Source: Elusimicrobiota bacterium
GTDB taxonomy: Bacteria; Elusimicrobiota; Elusimicrobia; UBA1565; UBA9628
DNA: 64,000 nucleotides
Assembly: GCA_016218545.1 (NCBI GenBank)
Contig: JACRDQ010000020.1
Coordinates: 34,455 to 98,454, forward strand
Direction of reading: 5' to 3'
How positions within the stretch are numbered: the first letter of the stretch is position 1; every line of letters starts with the position of its first letter. Under the pieces are notes generated by a model. It did not search any database. It had not been told where the DNA came from and worked only from the letters and a program-made list of their open reading frames with translations. This document shows positions 1-9,179 of this stretch, piece by piece. The translations under genes and the position numbers were made by a program.

Positions 1-1
1 C

Positions 2-2269
2 CTGTCCGAGCCCGAGTTCCGGGGCCTGGTGCGGGCCGCCAAGGAGCTCCGGGCAGGAGCCGCCTTCTTCACGCACCCGCTGTTCCGCAGGCAGCGCCTC
101 CTCCTGGCCGGGAAGGTGCCGGGCCTGGAGACCGCGGTCTGGACCGGCGGCCTGCTCCTGGCCCGGGACCTCATGGCCAGGCTGGGCCTGCCGCTCGGCC
201 CGGAGGGCTTCCATCACGAGGACGTGCTCACGGACCCGGAGGCTGCGGCGGACTACCGGTGGGAGCCGGGCAACGCGGCAGCCTCGGCCCCGGGACACGA
301 CGTGGTCTATCTCTACACCGGCTCGGACTGCGCCTACCGGCGGCCGGTGGCAGGCAACCCCTGCTACGCCGGAGTATCGCTGCCTCCCTCGGCCCACGCC
401 TTCGGCTGCGCCTTCTGCGGGGACCGCCAGGACCGGCCGGCGCCGGGGCCGACCGTGTCCGCCGCGTGGATCGAGAAGCAGATCCGGGACCTCACCGCGG
501 GCCGCAGGCCGGGCCAGCGGCCCGCCGCCCTGGTCCTGCCCGACGTAGGAGACGCGGAGCTCCTGGCCAAGACCATGGCCAGCATGCGCCGCCGCGGCAT
601 GGGCAAGACCCCCCTGCTCATGGGCGTGCGTCTCGACCGCCTGCTCCGGGTCAGGCCGGCGCTCGAGGATCTCCTGGCCGGCATGAGCAAGGGCGAGTCC
701 ATCCACTGCGTCACGGTCGGAGCGGAGAACTTCGCGGCGGACGAACTCCGGCGCTTCAACAAGGGCTTCGAGCCCTTGACCGTGGTCCGCGGGATCAACC
801 TCCTCAAGGAGCTGGAGGCCTCGCAAGGCGGCAGGTTCCTCTATTCCGGGTACAAGCCCCTAGCCGTCATCCTGCTGACCCCTTGGACGCGGCCCTGCGA
901 CCTGGCCTACAACCTCCGCCTCATCCGGCACTTCAAGCTCGAGGACGAGGCAGGCAACCTCTTCAGCTCGCGCCTCCGCCTGCACCCGGAGCTGCCCATC
1001 ACCTCCCTGGCCGCCAAGGACGGTCTCCTGGGCAGGACGCCGGACCGCGCCCTGGCCATGGCCAGGCGCAGGCTGGAGCGTTCCGAGCGCGGCTGGCGCT
1101 TCAAGGACCCGCGCATGGAGCCGGTCAACAGCCTGGCCGGCCGGCTCGAGCGCAGTCCCTCCCTGGCCGGAGACCGCCTCTACGAGGATATCCAGAAAGG
1201 CCTGGCCTGGACCGAACGCGACAAGGGCCAACTGACGGACATCCTCTTGGCCTCGGCCAGGCTCGCTGACTCCTCCCCAAAGCCCATCCCCGCAGAGAAG
1301 CTCTTCGAGTCCAGCCTGGCGGCCTGGCGCGCCGGGCCGGCACCCCTGCTCCCCGGCAAGCGCCTGGGCCTCGAGCTCCTGGGACCTGCGGAGTACGTGG
1401 AGCGCTGCCTGGCCCTGGTCCATCAGGGACCCAGAGCCGCCTTGTCCCTGGAAGGCCTGCCTCCGGCCGCCGAGCTCAAGGGCCTGGCAAGGACCGGCCC
1501 TGGCCTACACGCCAAGGTGGTGGAGCGAGGCCCGGCCTCCACGCTCTACGCGGCCCGCGACGCCAAGACCTTGGAGCGCCTCATCCGCCTGGAGAGCGGG
1601 CCCAAGGCCAAGCAGGCTCGAGCCTCGACCATCAGCGAGCTCGGGAAGCTCTACGGCTACCCCTCATGCTGCGTCCGGGCCTGGCTGAAGAACCCCTGGC
1701 GCCAAGGAGGCTTCAGCGAATGGCTGGCGCTCCTGACCCGCGCAGCTTCTCCGGGCCCGTGCCCTGGCCTGCACCTGCCCCTCCTGGTCTCGGACTTGGC
1801 TTTCATCCCCTGCTCCGCCCAGTGCCGGGCCGCTGAGGCTGCCTGCCGGTCCTGGTTCAAGGCCCTGGGAGGCTCCCTGACCGCGAAGGCCCTGTCCGAC
1901 AGGGTCTTCGTGCACTCCCTGCTGGACCGGGCGGACGGCGCCTCCTTCATCCCCGGGTCGAGGCAAGGAAGGGTCATCCGCTACGACCCCTCGAGCGTCA
2001 CCGGCACTGAGGGCGGTGTGGCCGCGTGGCTCAGGAAAGGGGACCGGCTCGAGCAAGACTGCGGCCAGGTCTCGGTCTTCAGGGGCGAGAAGGCCCTGCG
2101 GCGCTGGGTCGCGGAAGCCGCGGTCTGGGACAGACAGGCCATGGCGGACCCTGAGTTCTGGGTCGAGCTCGCAGCCGCGGCCCTGAGACGCTCAGGGCCG
2201 GCCGGCGTCCGCCAACCGCGCCTCAAGCATGCTCACCAGGCCGGTCAGCAGCTTCTTCTCAGCCTCTGA
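2..2269 (+). CDS. Large uncharacterized protein with C-x10-C-x13/14-C-x2-C-G motif, possibly a non-canonical Fe-S or radical-SAM-like enzyme. 5' end is outside the window. Paralogue of the convergent gene at 2192-4240.
   Basis: Frame is open from the window edge and reads as a real protein. Carries motif SDCAYRRPVAGNPCYAGVSLPPSAHAFGCAFCG and a shared TPWT motif. Clear paralogy with the next gene. Overlaps the convergent gene end by about 78 bp. Confidence 0.5.
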   Translation: MSEPEFRGLVRAAKELRAGAAFFTHPLFRRQRLLLAGKVPGLETAVWTGGLLLARDLMARLGLPLGPEGFHHEDVLTDPEAAADYRWEPGNAAASAPGHDVVYLYTGSDCAYRRPVAGNPCYAGVSLPPSAHAFGCAFCGDRQDRPAPGPTVSAAWIEKQIRDLTAGRRPGQRPAALVLPDVGDAELLAKTMASMRRRGMGKTPLLMGVRLDRLLRVRPALEDLLAGMSKGESIHCVTVGAENFAADELRRFNKGFEPLTVVRGINLLKELEASQGGRFLYSGYKPLAVILLTPWTRPCDLAYNLRLIRHFKLEDEAGNLFSSRLRLHPELPITSLAAKDGLLGRTPDRALAMARRRLERSERGWRFKDPRMEPVNSLAGRLERSPSLAGDRLYEDIQKGLAWTERDKGQLTDILLASARLADSSPKPIPAEKLFESSLAAWRAGPAPLLPGKRLGLELLGPAEYVERCLALVHQGPRAALSLEGLPPAAELKGLARTGPGLHAKVVERGPASTLYAARDAKTLERLIRLESGPKAKQARASTISELGKLYGYPSCCVRAWLKNPWRQGGFSEWLALLTRAASPGPCPGLHLPLLVSDLAFIPCSAQCRAAEAACRSWFKALGGSLTAKALSDRVFVHSLLDRADGASFIPGSRQGRVIRYDPSSVTGTEGGVAAWLRKGDRLEQDCGQVSVFRGEKALRRWVAEAAVWDRQAMADPEFWVELAAAALRRSGPAGVRQPRLKHAHQAGQQLLLSL

Positions 2270-4240
2270 CCACACCGGGGTCTGGGCCAGGTACACGGCC
2301 TTGAACCTCCGCGTCTCGAAGAAGCAGGGCCCCTGGCTCTGCCGCTCCTTGAGGTCGAGCACGATCCTCCTGTCGTCCAGCAGGACGTTCAGGCGGAATG
2401 CGCGGCCAGGACACCCGCGGAAGGACGCGGCTGACACCGACTCGAGCTCGAGCTTGGCCGCGACCTTCAGCTCTTTGCGGACCTGCGCCACTGCGCGCTG
2501 TTCAGCGGAGGACGGCTTGGAGAGGACCGGAGGATTGTCCTCCCCTGCCAAGGGCTCGGGAGCGCCGGCATGCGCTCTTTTGACCCGCGCCACAGCCTCG
2601 GCCAGGAGGCCCGTCCTCGACCACGTCTCCTGAGCGCGCTCGAAGAGCTCCAGGAGCTCCAGAGCCGCCTCGAGGATGCTCCACGGAGGCCTGGTCGTGC
2701 GGCCTGAGCACGCTTCATCCCGGAACACGCTCGACAAGAGGTCGTATTCCGGGTCTCCGCGGAACAGGGTTCGCGCCTCGGGACACTCCATGGCGACATA
2801 GAGCCGGACGAGGATGCGGAAGAAGTCCGCGACCTTGCGGTCCTTGAACCGCCAGGGCATGGAGCTCCACAGCACCTGGAGACCGAAGCATGGATAGAAG
2901 AGGAGCCCCGGGTCCTCGTACTCGGGGAGGATGACGCCGCCCTCGTGCTCCGCCAGAGCGGCCAGGGCGGTCCCTTTACGGAGCATCAGGCTCGTGCAGA
3001 GCCACAGCCCGTTGCCGTCGAACCCGCGGCGGCCGGCCTCCCGGAGGTTCACGCGGAGTTCCGCGAGCGTGGTCCACGGGGTGAACAGGAGCATCAGCCA
3101 GTTCCTGCCGTCCCCCCGCGCCTGGAAAGCCTTCGGCCAGCGCCGGCTCCAGCCCGCCATGAGCCTGAAGACCTCGTCCACCTGGGCGATGGAGATGTCC
3201 TTGTTGTAGAGCCTCATGACCGCTGGAGAGAAGTTCTCGATGCCCATGACCTCGAAGCTCATCCGGTGCCCGGCTGCCGCGGCCTTGGGCAGGACCGCCG
3301 AAATGCGGCTCCGGGATGAGAGGACGTCGTCGATGCGCGGGCAGAAGACGAACCGGGCCGGCCTCAGGCCGATGCGCAGCACCATGTCGAAGAAGAGGTC
3401 GATGCGATGGAAGAGGCCGAGGTCGTAGACGATGTAGGCGCCCCGGCTCCTGGATTGCCGAGGCCCTCCCCGTGACGCGGCCTTGAGCTGGCGCTCAGCC
3501 AAGTCCAGGGAGCCGGCCTGGTGCCCGGCCAAGGGCCCGGTCTCGATGGAGCCCCCGCAGAAGCTGCACCCGGGAGGAAGGTCCGGCGCGCCCACCACTC
3601 CCCTGAAGCAGGGGTTCTTGGCGGGAGAGGGCCTGCCCCTGCAGCTGCGGCCTCCCAGGATGATCACCGGAGGGCCGTCCTCGGCCTTGGCCATGGCGCC
3701 CACGGGCGCGGCGCGGTAGTCGGGCTCCACCGCGTCGAGGACGGACCTGCCCTCCCCTGGATGCGGACCCGCTCCCAGCCACCTGGAGAACCAGCCGGGC
3801 TCATGGGTGAGTTCCCGCCCCTCGCCCTTGCCCCTGACCAGCCTGAGGTAGGGGTCGAGCTCCGGGTCGTGCTCGCCCCACCGGAGAGCCTCCATGTCGA
3901 ACTCGCAGGGAAGGACCATGAAGCGCCGCGCTCCAGAGGCGCGGACCGCGGACCGGACCCCCGGGACGAGGAGCTCGTTGGAGACCACGTGCGTGGGTCG
4001 GAAGGCCTTCAGCCTCCTCTTGAGGACCTCGAGGTCCCCCCTCTCCAGGCCGGCCCGGAGCACGCGGCCGAGCGGCCGCTCCCACGCGATGCCGGTCCTG
4101 GCCTTGAAGAAGAGCCACTGGGCCGGCACGCCGCAGTCCCGCGCCACCCCCTTGAAGAACGGATAGAACATGGAGGTCTCGCGCCGGTCATCCATGCTCG
4201 AGAGGAACTCCAACAGCAGCAAGCGGGGGTTCGGACTCAC
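2192..4240 (-). CDS. Large uncharacterized protein with C-x10-C-x13-C-x2-C-GG motif, paralogue of ORF 2-2269.
   Basis: 682-aa ORF. Motif RSCRGRPSPAKNPCFRGVVGAPDLPPGCSFCGG and an LLFTPWT motif are shared with gene 1. GTG start at 4240 lies 5 nt after the upstream stop, with an alternative ATG at 4195. Same-strand operon with the genes at 4246-7965. Confidence 0.55.
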   Translation of the reverse strand: MSPNPRLLLLEFLSSMDDRRETSMFYPFFKGVARDCGVPAQWLFFKARTGIAWERPLGRVLRAGLERGDLEVLKRRLKAFRPTHVVSNELLVPGVRSAVRASGARRFMVLPCEFDMEALRWGEHDPELDPYLRLVRGKGEGRELTHEPGWFSRWLGAGPHPGEGRSVLDAVEPDYRAAPVGAMAKAEDGPPVIILGGRSCRGRPSPAKNPCFRGVVGAPDLPPGCSFCGGSIETGPLAGHQAGSLDLAERQLKAASRGGPRQSRSRGAYIVYDLGLFHRIDLFFDMVLRIGLRPARFVFCPRIDDVLSSRSRISAVLPKAAAAGHRMSFEVMGIENFSPAVMRLYNKDISIAQVDEVFRLMAGWSRRWPKAFQARGDGRNWLMLLFTPWTTLAELRVNLREAGRRGFDGNGLWLCTSLMLRKGTALAALAEHEGGVILPEYEDPGLLFYPCFGLQVLWSSMPWRFKDRKVADFFRILVRLYVAMECPEARTLFRGDPEYDLLSSVFRDEACSGRTTRPPWSILEAALELLELFERAQETWSRTGLLAEAVARVKRAHAGAPEPLAGEDNPPVLSKPSSAEQRAVAQVRKELKVAAKLELESVSAASFRGCPGRAFRLNVLLDDRRIVLDLKERQSQGPCFFETRRFKAVYLAQTPVWSEAEKKLLTGLVSMLEARLADAGRP

Positions 4241-4245
4241 GGGCT

Positions 4246-6879
4246 TCAGTCCGGCATGGCCTCAGGGAAGAGGCCGGCCATGCGCGTGAAAAAGGCGGAG
4301 CAGAGCCTCCCCATCCTCATCTGGCTCTCGAAGATCGCGGCAGCCTCGGGCCTGCGGGACGCGGCTCTCCTCATGCTCTCGATGTGCGCGTCACGGTCGC
4401 GCCTGAGTTCCTCCAGACGCCCGATCGCGGCGATCTTCCCCACCCTGTTGACCTTCTTCATCTCGGGCAGGACCTTCTCCACGGGCAGGGTGCACCCGAT
4501 GTACACGGACCCGTCCGTGTCCACGGTCAGGCCGCGCGAGGCGAGGAGGGGCTCGTCTGCGGTGTTGGTGAGGTTGGCCAGGCCCATGCGCCGGCCCGAG
4601 GCCCGGAGCCTTCCCAGCAAACGATAGACCTCCTCGAGATAGCGGCGGCCGGCCTCCCCGGTCCAGAGCCCCCCGACCTCGTAGAGCAGGTCTAGCTCCC
4701 TTACCCCGAGCTCCGCGAGGTACATGCCGTTGTCGCTCAGGCGCCCCACGCCTGCGGGCCGCACGACCATGCTGGCCTGCACGTGCCAGCCCGATCTCAG
4801 GGCCCGCTGGAGGTTGGCGAGGAGCTTGCGGTAAGGATAGGACACGCCGGAGTCACGCAGGGGCCGATACTCGCCCTGGGTCAGGCGGTCGCCGTCGATG
4901 CTGAAGATGACGCGGACCTCATGCTTCCTGAGGAAGTCGAGGGTCTCGGCGTCCAGCAGGAGGCCGTTGGTGGCCACGGAGCAGAACGCCTGCCTGCCGA
5001 ATTCCAGGGCCCTGGCCCTCACCTGGTCCGCCGCCTCAGCCACGAGGTCGCGGCGGAGCAGGGGCTCCCCGCCGAAGAGCTGGATGTCCACGCTCGGGCC
5101 CGGCCCGTCGATCATGAGGTCGATGGCGCGGCGCAGGACCTCCCGGGACATGTCCGGACCCCGCCGGACGAGCTGGCAGTAGCGGCACCCCATCTGGCAG
5201 CGCCGGGTGAGCATGGGCATGAGACTGCGCAGGGAAGGGAACGCCCCGGCCGCGCCCGCGTGCCTGGACTCGGGCGAGCGCAGGGTCCCTCCCTGGCTCT
5301 GCGGCCGAAGGTCGCGGCAGAAGCGGTCCTCCGAAGCTCCCTTCGCGCCCTTCCCGAAGAAGACCCCGTAGCGCTCGCAGGGGAGGCAGGCCTTGTGCAG
5401 GGTCCGGAACGAGGGCCGCCGCCCCTCGCGCAGGTCCGCGGCCATATCGAGGAGGAACGGCGAAGGCGGCCGCACGCACGCGTTCTCCGCCCGGCCCAGC
5501 TTCATGAGCGCCTCGATCTCCGGCCCGGAGAGGTGCTTCGAGGAGGTCACCACCGGGGCGCCGGCCCGGTGGCTCCGGCAGTAGTCCCGGAAGGACCGGA
5601 CGGGGCTCTTGATGCCCAGGGACTTGCCCTGCAGGTGCCAGGCCGAACCCGGATCCAGGGGAATGCGCTCCATGCCGAAGTCCGCGCCGGGGAAGCGGTC
5701 CGCCAGCGAGCGGACGAGGTAGAGGGTCTTGGCCGCGTGGACCGCGGTCTCGCCCGGCAGGCCGGCCGTGAAGTTGATCTGCGGCTTGATCCCGCGGTCC
5801 ACCATCAGCCGGACCGCGGCCACGAGCGCCGCGTTGGTGAAGGATGCTCCCTTGTTGCGGCGCCGGACCTCCTCGGACCCGCACTCGGGAGCGACCGCCA
5901 GGGTCCCCCTTCCCGGGAAGGTCCTGCTGAACTCGGCGATGAACTCCTCCGTGGGCAGGCCGAAGCACTCGAAGGCGGAGGTGAGGCTCAGCTTCCTGCG
6001 GCGCATGGCCCGGAAGAGCTCCGGGTAGAACCGCCCCCCGGGCGCGGGATCGAAGTTGAAGTGGACCGTGCCGATGCCGTGGTCCGCCAGGGCCTCCAGG
6101 TCCGCGAGCACCGAATCCCGGGACGCGAAGAGCACGCCGTTCCTCTTGAAGAGCATGCGCTGTTGGGCCGCGCCGCCTCCGCAGTAGGTGCAGTCCTGGA
6201 CGCAGCCCCGGCCAGGCACGCAGAAATAGACCGGAGCCCGCTCCGCGCCGGGGTCGAAATCCGTGGACACCAGGGACAGGTAGCGCTCGTGATGCCGGAT
6301 GAGGCGGAAGTTGGTGAACCTGAGCCGGTCGAAGAGACCCTGCGTCACCGTGTAGGACTGCGGGTTGTGGACGACCTCTCCGCGCCTGCGCCAGCTGAGG
6401 TTGGACACGTACCCGAGGTCCGCTCCGGGCCGGTCCAGGGCAGCCAGGAGCACGGCCAGGGGGAGCTCGGGGTCTCCGCGCACGATGAAGTCCACCTCCG
6501 GGAAGGAGCGCATGATCTCGTCCGCGAAGAAGGTGGCGGTGAACCCGCCGAGGACCGTCCGGCAGCGCGGCGCCGCCTTCTTGACGCCGCGGGCCGCTTC
6601 GATCACGTCGTGGCTCTGGGGGTGCCAGTACAGGTCGAAAAGGGCGGCCGAGTAGCCCCCGTCAGCCACGAACGACGGCAAGTCGAAGCCCGGGTCCAGG
6701 GTCTTCTCGAGCCCGGCATGCACCACGGACACGTCCCGGCCCGTCCTGACCAGGAAGTCCGCGATGGCGGGCAGGCCCACCGGGAGGAGCTTGGTCGGTC
6801 CCTCGATGCCTCCGCCCTTGGGGACGTGGATGAAGACCGCTCTGCCTGCTCCCGCTCGCGGTCCGGCCGACTCTCTCAT
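4246..6879 (-). CDS. Didomain radical-SAM protein. N-terminal half is a B12-binding-type radical SAM (CVQDCTYC, GLPGET). C-terminal half is a second radical-SAM domain of anSME/SPASM type (CQMGCRYC, FGGEPLL).
   Basis: 877-aa ORF with two separate CX3CX2C motifs about 420 residues apart. N-terminal Rossmann-like B12 region (FIHVPKGGG...) and a C-terminal GGEPLL glycine-rich SAM-binding motif. Confidence 0.7.
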   Translation of the reverse strand: MRESAGPRAGAGRAVFIHVPKGGGIEGPTKLLPVGLPAIADFLVRTGRDVSVVHAGLEKTLDPGFDLPSFVADGGYSAALFDLYWHPQSHDVIEAARGVKKAAPRCRTVLGGFTATFFADEIMRSFPEVDFIVRGDPELPLAVLLAALDRPGADLGYVSNLSWRRRGEVVHNPQSYTVTQGLFDRLRFTNFRLIRHHERYLSLVSTDFDPGAERAPVYFCVPGRGCVQDCTYCGGGAAQQRMLFKRNGVLFASRDSVLADLEALADHGIGTVHFNFDPAPGGRFYPELFRAMRRRKLSLTSAFECFGLPTEEFIAEFSRTFPGRGTLAVAPECGSEEVRRRNKGASFTNAALVAAVRLMVDRGIKPQINFTAGLPGETAVHAAKTLYLVRSLADRFPGADFGMERIPLDPGSAWHLQGKSLGIKSPVRSFRDYCRSHRAGAPVVTSSKHLSGPEIEALMKLGRAENACVRPPSPFLLDMAADLREGRRPSFRTLHKACLPCERYGVFFGKGAKGASEDRFCRDLRPQSQGGTLRSPESRHAGAAGAFPSLRSLMPMLTRRCQMGCRYCQLVRRGPDMSREVLRRAIDLMIDGPGPSVDIQLFGGEPLLRRDLVAEAADQVRARALEFGRQAFCSVATNGLLLDAETLDFLRKHEVRVIFSIDGDRLTQGEYRPLRDSGVSYPYRKLLANLQRALRSGWHVQASMVVRPAGVGRLSDNGMYLAELGVRELDLLYEVGGLWTGEAGRRYLEEVYRLLGRLRASGRRMGLANLTNTADEPLLASRGLTVDTDGSVYIGCTLPVEKVLPEMKKVNRVGKIAAIGRLEELRRDRDAHIESMRRAASRRPEAAAIFESQMRMGRLCSAFFTRMAGLFPEAMPD

Positions 6880-6885
6880 AGGGTC

Positions 6886-7965
6886 TCAGGAGGACCCCGG
6901 CGCGGCCCGGACGCATCGCTTGGCCACGGACGCGCAGTAGTCGCAGGATTCGCAGCGCCCCTTGCAGCGCATGACCCGCGAGACGAAGCCCTTCGGGATG
7001 AGGCGGTTGTCGCACGACACCAAGCCCTTGGCGTAGACCTCCTCGTCGCTGAACAGGGTGAAGAGATTCCCGTCGAACCTGCGGTCGAAGTAGGCCGTGA
7101 GGACGCCCTTGAGCCGCTCCGAGGAGTCCTCCCTGTAAGCGACCTTGAAGACGTCGGCCAGGCCGTGCCGCTCGTAGTAGCCGAGGTCCTCGGGCCGGAT
7201 GAAGGGACGCCGGATCTCGTCAGCTCCGCGGTCGCTCTCGAAGAGGCACCGGTCATGGTCGAGCCGGCCGCCCAGAGTCTCACGCCAGCCGCGGGGAGAC
7301 CACGCCTCGAGGACCCCCCTCAGGACCCCCCAATCCGCGTGCCTCCAGGCGTAGGGGCAGCCCTGGTAGCAGCGGAGCACGCCCAGGAGCTTGACCCTCA
7401 AGCGCGGGAACGCGGCCTTGAGCCCGGCGATGTCCTTGAGCGCGGCGAAGTCCCGGTTGATCTCCGGGTCCACGCACAGGCTGGTCACCCCCAGACGCGC
7501 CGCGGCCCGAGCCTTGACCAGGGAGTTGACGCCCATGTAGATGGAGGATTGGACCGCGATCGCCGGGAACTCCTTGCGCAGGAGCGGGACCAGGGCCGGG
7601 TCCGAGACCGTGACGCAGGTCAGGCCCGCGTCCCGAGAGAGCCGCCGGACGCCTTCGAAAATGCGCCTTATGTCGTCGAAGAACAGGGGGTTCTTGTTGA
7701 GGAGGAGGTTGGTCCCGATGCCCTGGCCGCGGCAGAAGCGCGCCAGAGCCGCGACCTCCGCGTAGCGCAGGGGCTCGAGCCCGACGTAGGCAGAGGAGAA
7801 GTCGCAGCCCTGCCAGCCGCCGAAATAGACCTCGCAGACCTGCCCGGACAGGGAGGCCCAACGGACCAAGCCCAGGTCGCCGTTATAGGGGATGGAGAAG
7901 AGGATGCGGCCGTGGCCCTGCACAGGTAGAGGATAGGTTCTCCCCACCCCCCCGTCAAGGCGCAT
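6886..7965 (-). CDS. U32-peptidase-like TIM-barrel protein with C-terminal Cys cluster, a putative Fe-S enzyme.
   Basis: The ILFSIPYNGDLGL...EVYFGG stretch resembles the U32 ELLAPAG...AVYLGG core. LRCYQGC and C-terminal CKGRCESCDYC...C Cys-rich motifs are present. First gene of the minus-strand operon. Start lies only 14 bp from the divergent gene, so it may be internal. Confidence 0.4.
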   Translation of the reverse strand: MRLDGGVGRTYPLPVQGHGRILFSIPYNGDLGLVRWASLSGQVCEVYFGGWQGCDFSSAYVGLEPLRYAEVAALARFCRGQGIGTNLLLNKNPLFFDDIRRIFEGVRRLSRDAGLTCVTVSDPALVPLLRKEFPAIAVQSSIYMGVNSLVKARAAARLGVTSLCVDPEINRDFAALKDIAGLKAAFPRLRVKLLGVLRCYQGCPYAWRHADWGVLRGVLEAWSPRGWRETLGGRLDHDRCLFESDRGADEIRRPFIRPEDLGYYERHGLADVFKVAYREDSSERLKGVLTAYFDRRFDGNLFTLFSDEEVYAKGLVSCDNRLIPKGFVSRVMRCKGRCESCDYCASVAKRCVRAAPGSS

Positions 7966-7979
7966 GCTATCATATCGCC

Positions 7980-9179
7980 ATGGACCGGCAAGGCCCAGCC
8001 GAGGACCCGCTCGACAACACCTGCAACCTGACCCTCATCCTGACCCGCGCCTGCCAGCTGGCCTGCGCCTACTGCCGCATGAATCGCGACCCAGGGGCGG
8101 TCATGGAGGAGCCCGTGCTCCGCAGGGCCGTGGACCTGCTCATGGCCGGCCCCAGCCCGCAGGTCGCCCTGGATTTCTCGGGTGGAGAGCCCCTGCTGAG
8201 ATTCGACCTCCTCCGCCGGGGGCTCCTCTACGCCGAGGAAGCGGCCAAGGCCAAGGCCAAGAGACTGCGCTTGGACCTCAGCACCAACAGCCTGCTCCTC
8301 GACGAGCGCAAGGCCGGGTTCCTCATCGAGCACGGGGCGCGCATCCATGTCAGCTCCGACGGGAGCCTGGCCACCCACCGCCGCAACAGGCCCCCTGTCT
8401 CAGGGCCCTCCTCCGCCGCGGCCAGCCGATGCCGCCAGAGCATGCGCCTCCTGGCCAGGCTCGGGGTCCAGTTCGACGCGACCATGGTCGTCTTCCCCAA
8501 GGACGTCCGTTCCATGGTCGGCAACGCAGGAGCCCTCATGGACGCGGGCGCCAGCGTGGTCCAGATGGACTGCGCCCTGGGCATGCTCTGGAGCAGGGAG
8601 GAAGCCTCGGGTTTCGCGGAAGGCCTGGCCGCGGCCGCGCTCGAAGCCAGGCGCCGCCGCGCCAAGGGGGCGCGGGTCGCGGTCGAGAGCTCGTGCTTCG
8701 GCAACCCGGACATCAACAGCGTGCTCATGGCCATCGAGACCGACGGGACCATCCTCATGGGGTGCACCCCGACCATCGAGAGGGAGTGCCCGGGGCTTGC
8801 GAAGCTCCTGAGGTTCGGTTCCGTCAGGGCCCGCAAGAGCCTCGAAGGGCTGCGGCGGACCCCGTCCGAGCTGGCGCGGTTCATCCTGGACCGCATGGGA
8901 CCGGGGCGCGAGCGGGCCCTCTACGTCAACAACATGGTGGTGGGGCTCTCGACGCGCAAAGCCCTGGCGCACCGCGGCCTGGCCCCGCTCCCCGGTAGGG
9001 CCGCGACAGGGACGGCCTCAGGACCGGCCCGTCCCAGCCGGCCAGGACCTTGGGCGGGCAAGAACGCCGAGCGCTGGATCCTCGCCGAGCTCGCATGCCT
9101 CGAGGCGCAGGCCGGGGACATGCCGGGCCGCGGAGCATGGGACGGCTCGGGCGAGGAGGAGAAGGCCGGTCTCAGGTAG
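7980..9179 (+). CDS. Radical-SAM protein of anSME/SPASM-like subfamily.
   Basis: N-terminal CQLACAYC (CX3CX2C) at residues 25-32 and an FSGGEPLL motif. Extra Cys residues near the C-terminus (SSCFGNP...GCTPTIERECPG) suggest an auxiliary cluster domain. Confidence 0.7.
   Translation: MDRQGPAEDPLDNTCNLTLILTRACQLACAYCRMNRDPGAVMEEPVLRRAVDLLMAGPSPQVALDFSGGEPLLRFDLLRRGLLYAEEAAKAKAKRLRLDLSTNSLLLDERKAGFLIEHGARIHVSSDGSLATHRRNRPPVSGPSSAAASRCRQSMRLLARLGVQFDATMVVFPKDVRSMVGNAGALMDAGASVVQMDCALGMLWSREEASGFAEGLAAAALEARRRRAKGARVAVESSCFGNPDINSVLMAIETDGTILMGCTPTIERECPGLAKLLRFGSVRARKSLEGLRRTPSELARFILDRMGPGRERALYVNNMVVGLSTRKALAHRGLAPLPGRAATGTASGPARPSRPGPWAGKNAERWILAELACLEAQAGDMPGRGAWDGSGEEEKAGLR

Noticed and set aside
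4783-7929. 1048-aa plus-strand ORF
   Set aside because: Antisense to the radical-SAM and U32 genes. Arg/Gly/Pro/Glu-rich low-complexity translation typical of high-GC antisense frames, with no motifs.
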